Below, one piece after another: positions 60,912 to 64,000 of a stretch of 64,000 bases of DNA. The DNA is taken from the NCBI GenBank assembly GCA_041650515.1, contig JBAZLA010000005.1:2034-66033 (forward strand), written 5' to 3'. Position 1 is the stretch's first letter. Each line of letters starts with the position of its first letter. The stretch comes from Patescibacteria group bacterium. GTDB lineage: Bacteria; Patescibacteriota; Patescibacteriia; JACRDY01. Under the pieces are notes generated by a model. It was not told where the DNA came from. It saw nothing but the letters and a program-made list of their open reading frames with translations, and did no database searches. The translations under genes and the position numbers were made by a program.

Positions 60912-61868
60912 TTATTCAGCTGCCCGCGGTTGAAGAATCTCTTCCAGACCGGCCTCGGCCTCAGCTAAAATTTTTATGACTCGTTGATAGTCATCAAAGG
61001 CCTCGGTTGATAATTGTTGTTGGTGGTCGTTGATTTTATCGGTTAACGATTCTATCGCTCCGCTTTTTTTCTCACCCTCTAGTTTGTTATGGTTAAGACC
61101 GCTGCGGCGACGAAGGGCTTGGTACTGATCAACCATAGCTAAAACTCGGCTGGCTTTTAAAATATTAGCAGTCCTTTCATCTAATTTAGAATCATTATCC
61201 GACGGTAGATGGGCTGGATTCTTGTTTTCTAAAAGATGATGGCTAGCAGCAATCTGAGTGATTGTCTGGTCAAGCGGTCCAGCTGGATAATTATTTCTTG
61301 TTTTTTCTAAAATGTCATAAGTCCAATCGTCGTGTAACCGCCAGAAGTTTAAAACAGTGCCATCTTGAAGATCATGATTCTGAGTAGCTGAATCGGGGTT
61401 AAGTTTTAATCCCATTTTTTTGAGCGAATCTAGGGACTGCCCCCTTTGTTTTTGTTCGGGGAATACTTTATTGACCAGTGATTCTAGCGGCTGGTCAGAA
61501 GCATTAGGAACATTTTTGGGCCCAAATAATTTGATCACCAGTTGACGTTGTTCTGGTGTTGTTGCTTGGATAGGTCCAGTTTTACCAATATCATGGAGTA
61601 TCGCTGCCCATTTCATCTGCTCTAAACTAACACCAGCCAATCCAAACTCCTCCCATAGTAGGTTAATAATTTTGACAATTTCCAAGGAGTCCTTAAAATG
61701 GGACCTCGGACCATTATCTAGTTCGGTCAGTCGTTCAATTAGCTGGGGATAGCTTTCGAGTTCAGCTAGGTTAATCCCCACTCCCCTAACTTGGTCTTTA
61801 GTTTGCTGTTTTCTGGCTTCTCTTTCGGCTATGTCAGCCAGTTGTTCAGTTTTCCCTTCTTGGTCCAT
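60912..61868 (-). CDS. HD-domain protein
   Basis: AAILHDIGK motif. No other domain recognised. Confidence 0.5.
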   Translation of the reverse strand: MDQEGKTEQLADIAEREARKQQTKDQVRGVGINLAELESYPQLIERLTELDNGPRSHFKDSLEIVKIINLLWEEFGLAGVSLEQMKWAAILHDIGKTGPIQATTPEQRQLVIKLFGPKNVPNASDQPLESLVNKVFPEQKQRGQSLDSLKKMGLKLNPDSATQNHDLQDGTVLNFWRLHDDWTYDILEKTRNNYPAGPLDQTITQIAASHHLLENKNPAHLPSDNDSKLDERTANILKASRVLAMVDQYQALRRRSGLNHNKLEGEKKSGAIESLTDKINDHQQQLSTEAFDDYQRVIKILAEAEAGLEEILQPRAAE

Positions 61869-62001
61869 AGTAATAAATTTTTATCACAAAAAGAGTTAAA
61901 AATCAAGTGGGGATATTCCTAACCAAAAACCGCCCTGAAAACGTTTAGACCAGTTGGCGCTAAACCTTAGGCGGTCCCTGGAGAAGTTCATCTAAATTTA
62001 G

Positions 62002-62172
62002 CTATTTCTTGCCTAAAATGCGGTACATACCAGTGCCACAAACCGGGCAGGAGCCTTTCATGGCTAGACGGACGACTCCGCCTTTGCCTTTCATCTCGAC
62101 TTGCTCAGGGTTGTTCATTTCTTGTTTCGCTTTGCATTTGACACAGTAGCCGATAACTTTTTCTTCTGGCAT
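62002..62172 (-). CDS. small zinc-ribbon protein (DUF5679-like, 56 aa) not in ORF track
   Basis: MPEEKVIGYCVKCKAKQEMNNPEQVEMKGKGGVVRLAMKGSCPVCGTGMYRILGKK with two C-x2-C pairs. Below the 60-aa cut-off. Recalled from memory as the DUF5679 pattern; not database-checked. Confidence 0.55.
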   Translation of the reverse strand: MPEEKVIGYCVKCKAKQEMNNPEQVEMKGKGGVVRLAMKGSCPVCGTGMYRILGKK

Positions 62173-62242
62173 AAGAGTTATTTAATAATTATTATTTAAA
62201 TCCCTCTAATTATAGCAGATTTTACCTATATTAAGCAAGAGG

Positions 62243-63133
62243 CTATTGCCTTCTGCCTTCTGGTCTAATCTCGGTCTCTCTTTCTCTAAAATAGGCATCA
62301 GCCCCTCTAAACCCTTCAAGGTTACCAATATCAAATCTTTTACCTTTGATTGGCAGGGCTCTAATCTCGGGATTGATTGAACAAAGGTATTCATTAAACT
62401 GACCAGGGGCATCAAGTTTTGTCAGTTGTCCTTTATTCTCAGCTAGATATTTAGGTAAATCATGTTTGATAGTTTGTTCTGAATATAAATAGATTGCCGG
62501 GGAGGCCCAATAAGTGCTTTCTGGATCTAAATCCCGGCGTTTTTCTTCAAATCGGTTGATCTGACCATTAGAATCAAACTCGACATGGGCCCGTCGGTGC
62601 ATTATAGCGCCAGCCTCTTGATAAACCGGCAAAATATTATTATCAGCGCCGGTTTGACGGGCAGCAATTAGATCTTTAAGTTTAAACTCATCAAAAAGCG
62701 TATCAGAGCTTAAAACTAATGTTTCGGCCTCGATACCACCTTCGGCGACTGCCAAACCTAAGTCGGCAACCGCTCCTTGGCGCTGGCTAGGCGACTCAAC
62801 ACCATTATTGATGATATTATTTTGGTTTAGACCAATATCTTGCCTAATTGCCCACTGACAGAAGGTTTCATGGTATTTGCTATTAACCACCAGATAAACA
62901 TCACTTTTTATGTCTAGATCGGGTATTTCTTTAAGTTGATCAACTAAGCGGCTAGCTATTTCTCGGCCGTTGATTTCTAAAAGGGCCTTAGGTTTAATCT
63001 CGCCGTTTGGTAAAAAAAGTTTTTCTTTCTCCCCTGGTTCAAGAGCGTTATCATTTCTAGCATCGTTAGTTAGTCGTTCACCAAAACCAGCGGCGAGGAT
63101 TACTACTTTGAGCTTCTTTTTAGTATTGGTCAT
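62243..63133 (-). CDS. sugar-1-phosphate nucleotidylyltransferase-like protein (NTP_transferase fold)
   Basis: VVILAAGFGERL glycine-rich loop. Confidence 0.7.
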   Translation of the reverse strand: MTNTKKKLKVVILAAGFGERLTNDARNDNALEPGEKEKLFLPNGEIKPKALLEINGREIASRLVDQLKEIPDLDIKSDVYLVVNSKYHETFCQWAIRQDIGLNQNNIINNGVESPSQRQGAVADLGLAVAEGGIEAETLVLSSDTLFDEFKLKDLIAARQTGADNNILPVYQEAGAIMHRRAHVEFDSNGQINRFEEKRRDLDPESTYWASPAIYLYSEQTIKHDLPKYLAENKGQLTKLDAPGQFNEYLCSINPEIRALPIKGKRFDIGNLEGFRGADAYFRERETEIRPEGRRQ

Positions 63134-63172
63134 AGTTAATTATTATACTAACTCTTTCGTTTTTGGCAAGGG

Positions 63173-64000
63173 TTATTTATAGGTTGTTACTGGCGTGCCA
63201 ATATCAACCCAGTCATAAATCCATTTGGCATCTGGAGTATACATATTAACACAGCCGTGACTCATTGGATGGCCAAAATTATGGTGCCAATAAGTGCCAT
63301 GGATGGTGTAGGGGCCTTTAAAGGAAGCAACCCAGGGTACGTTTGGTAGGTTATAGTTAGCGGTATTATTAGGTCCATAATACATCCCCATATTGACTAA
63401 GGGACGTTTACGATAAACTGAGAATTGGCCAAGTGGCGTTGGGCTACCAGATAAGCCAGAAGAAATTTTAAAATCACGAATCAAAAAGCCATCATCATAG
63501 GCATATAAAGTTTGAGTTTTACCAGCATCAACTTTGATATATTTACCACTTTCTTTTTCTTGAGCAATTTTGGCTGGCGCAGTGATGATTTCCAAAGCCG
63601 GATCTTTGTCGAGTTGGCCAACGGCAATTTTTACGCCGCCATTAAAATCACTATCATAGGCAAAAAATTCTTTGATTAGTTTTCCATAACCATCCAAGAT
63701 TTTGACATGCGCGCCACCGGTAAAACCGGCGCCGGCCACGATTTCATCCCGGCCGTCATTATTTAAATCTGCTGAGGCTAAATTAACTCCGCCGTGGAAG
63801 TTTTGATCAAAAACGTTGGAGCTGCCTATTAGTGAGCCATCTTGGCGATAAAGATACACTTCCGGGGATAAATTATAACCGCCATTAATAAGCAATTCCG
63901 CTTGGCCATCGCCGCCTAGATCAGCTGTAGTTATATTAAGATTTAGACTGCCATTAAATTTATCTAAATAAAAATCTTTCTTTAGATCTTCACCCGCTGA
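63173..64000 (-). CDS. L,D-transpeptidase (YkuD domain) with N-terminal FG-GAP-like repeats; 5' end beyond window
   Basis: Catalytic HGT...SHGCVNM motif and FG-GAP-like DLNNDGRDEIVAGAG repeats. The reading frame stays open upstream through position 64000. Confidence 0.75.
   Translation of the reverse strand, partial: SAGEDLKKDFYLDKFNGSLNLNITTADLGGDGQAELLINGGYNLSPEVYLYRQDGSLIGSSNVFDQNFHGGVNLASADLNNDGRDEIVAGAGFTGGAHVKILDGYGKLIKEFFAYDSDFNGGVKIAVGQLDKDPALEIITAPAKIAQEKESGKYIKVDAGKTQTLYAYDDGFLIRDFKISSGLSGSPTPLGQFSVYRKRPLVNMGMYYGPNNTANYNLPNVPWVASFKGPYTIHGTYWHHNFGHPMSHGCVNMYTPDAKWIYDWVDIGTPVTTYK

Noticed and set aside
1-64000. CRISPR arrays, rRNA genes, transposase/integrase/phage genes
   Set aside because: I looked for regularly spaced direct repeats, rRNA-like conserved blocks, and DDE-transposase, tyrosine-recombinase or phage-structural ORFs. 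None were found. The only repeats are the short palindromic MITE-like units and the AT-rich heptad motifs.

Overview
This 64 kb window is from an AT-rich, low-GC bacterial chromosome. Its gene content looks like a Candidate Phyla Radiation / Patescibacteria-type genome, but that is an inference: class I LysRS, archaeal/eukaryote-type alpha2 GlyRS, DUF4012 and DUF5679 proteins, a TagA-type transferase, type IV pilins, many glycosyltransferases and often weak Shine-Dalgarno sites. I saw no transposase or integrase genes, no rRNA and no CRISPR array.

Most of the window is housekeeping. It has the translation genes gltX, serS, class I lysS, glyQS, def, fmt and frr. It has the replication and transcription genes rarA, priA, holB and greA. 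It has the cell-envelope genes ddl-ftsQ, alr, mreB, an M23 peptidase, an L,D-transpeptidase, two glycan-assembly clusters with GT2/GT4 enzymes, a Wzx-like flippase and an O-antigen-ligase-like protein. It also has nucleotide hygiene genes (rdgB, cdd, HD hydrolases), an ArsR-SdpI pair and an intact AmmeMemoRadiSam (amrS / amrB / amrA) module.

The most unusual content is:
- a family of three paralogous ~550-aa cytoplasmic cysteine-rich proteins with twin terminal zinc-ribbon-like motifs and reiterated C-x2-C core repeats, two in tandem and one inside a glycosyltransferase cluster next to the AmmeMemoRadiSam genes;
- a dispersed family of MITE-like palindromic repeats (tgtcatcctgagcg...cgaaggatc and gtcattgcgagcgaagc...caatgac types) that overlap gene starts and sit inside a degenerate tRNA-like copy next to tRNA-Pro;
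- several gene fusions (double D-Ala-D-Ala ligase, TagA-NUDIX);
- small GC-rich islands, including a highly structured GC-rich non-coding segment upstream of a 2H-phosphoesterase-like gene.
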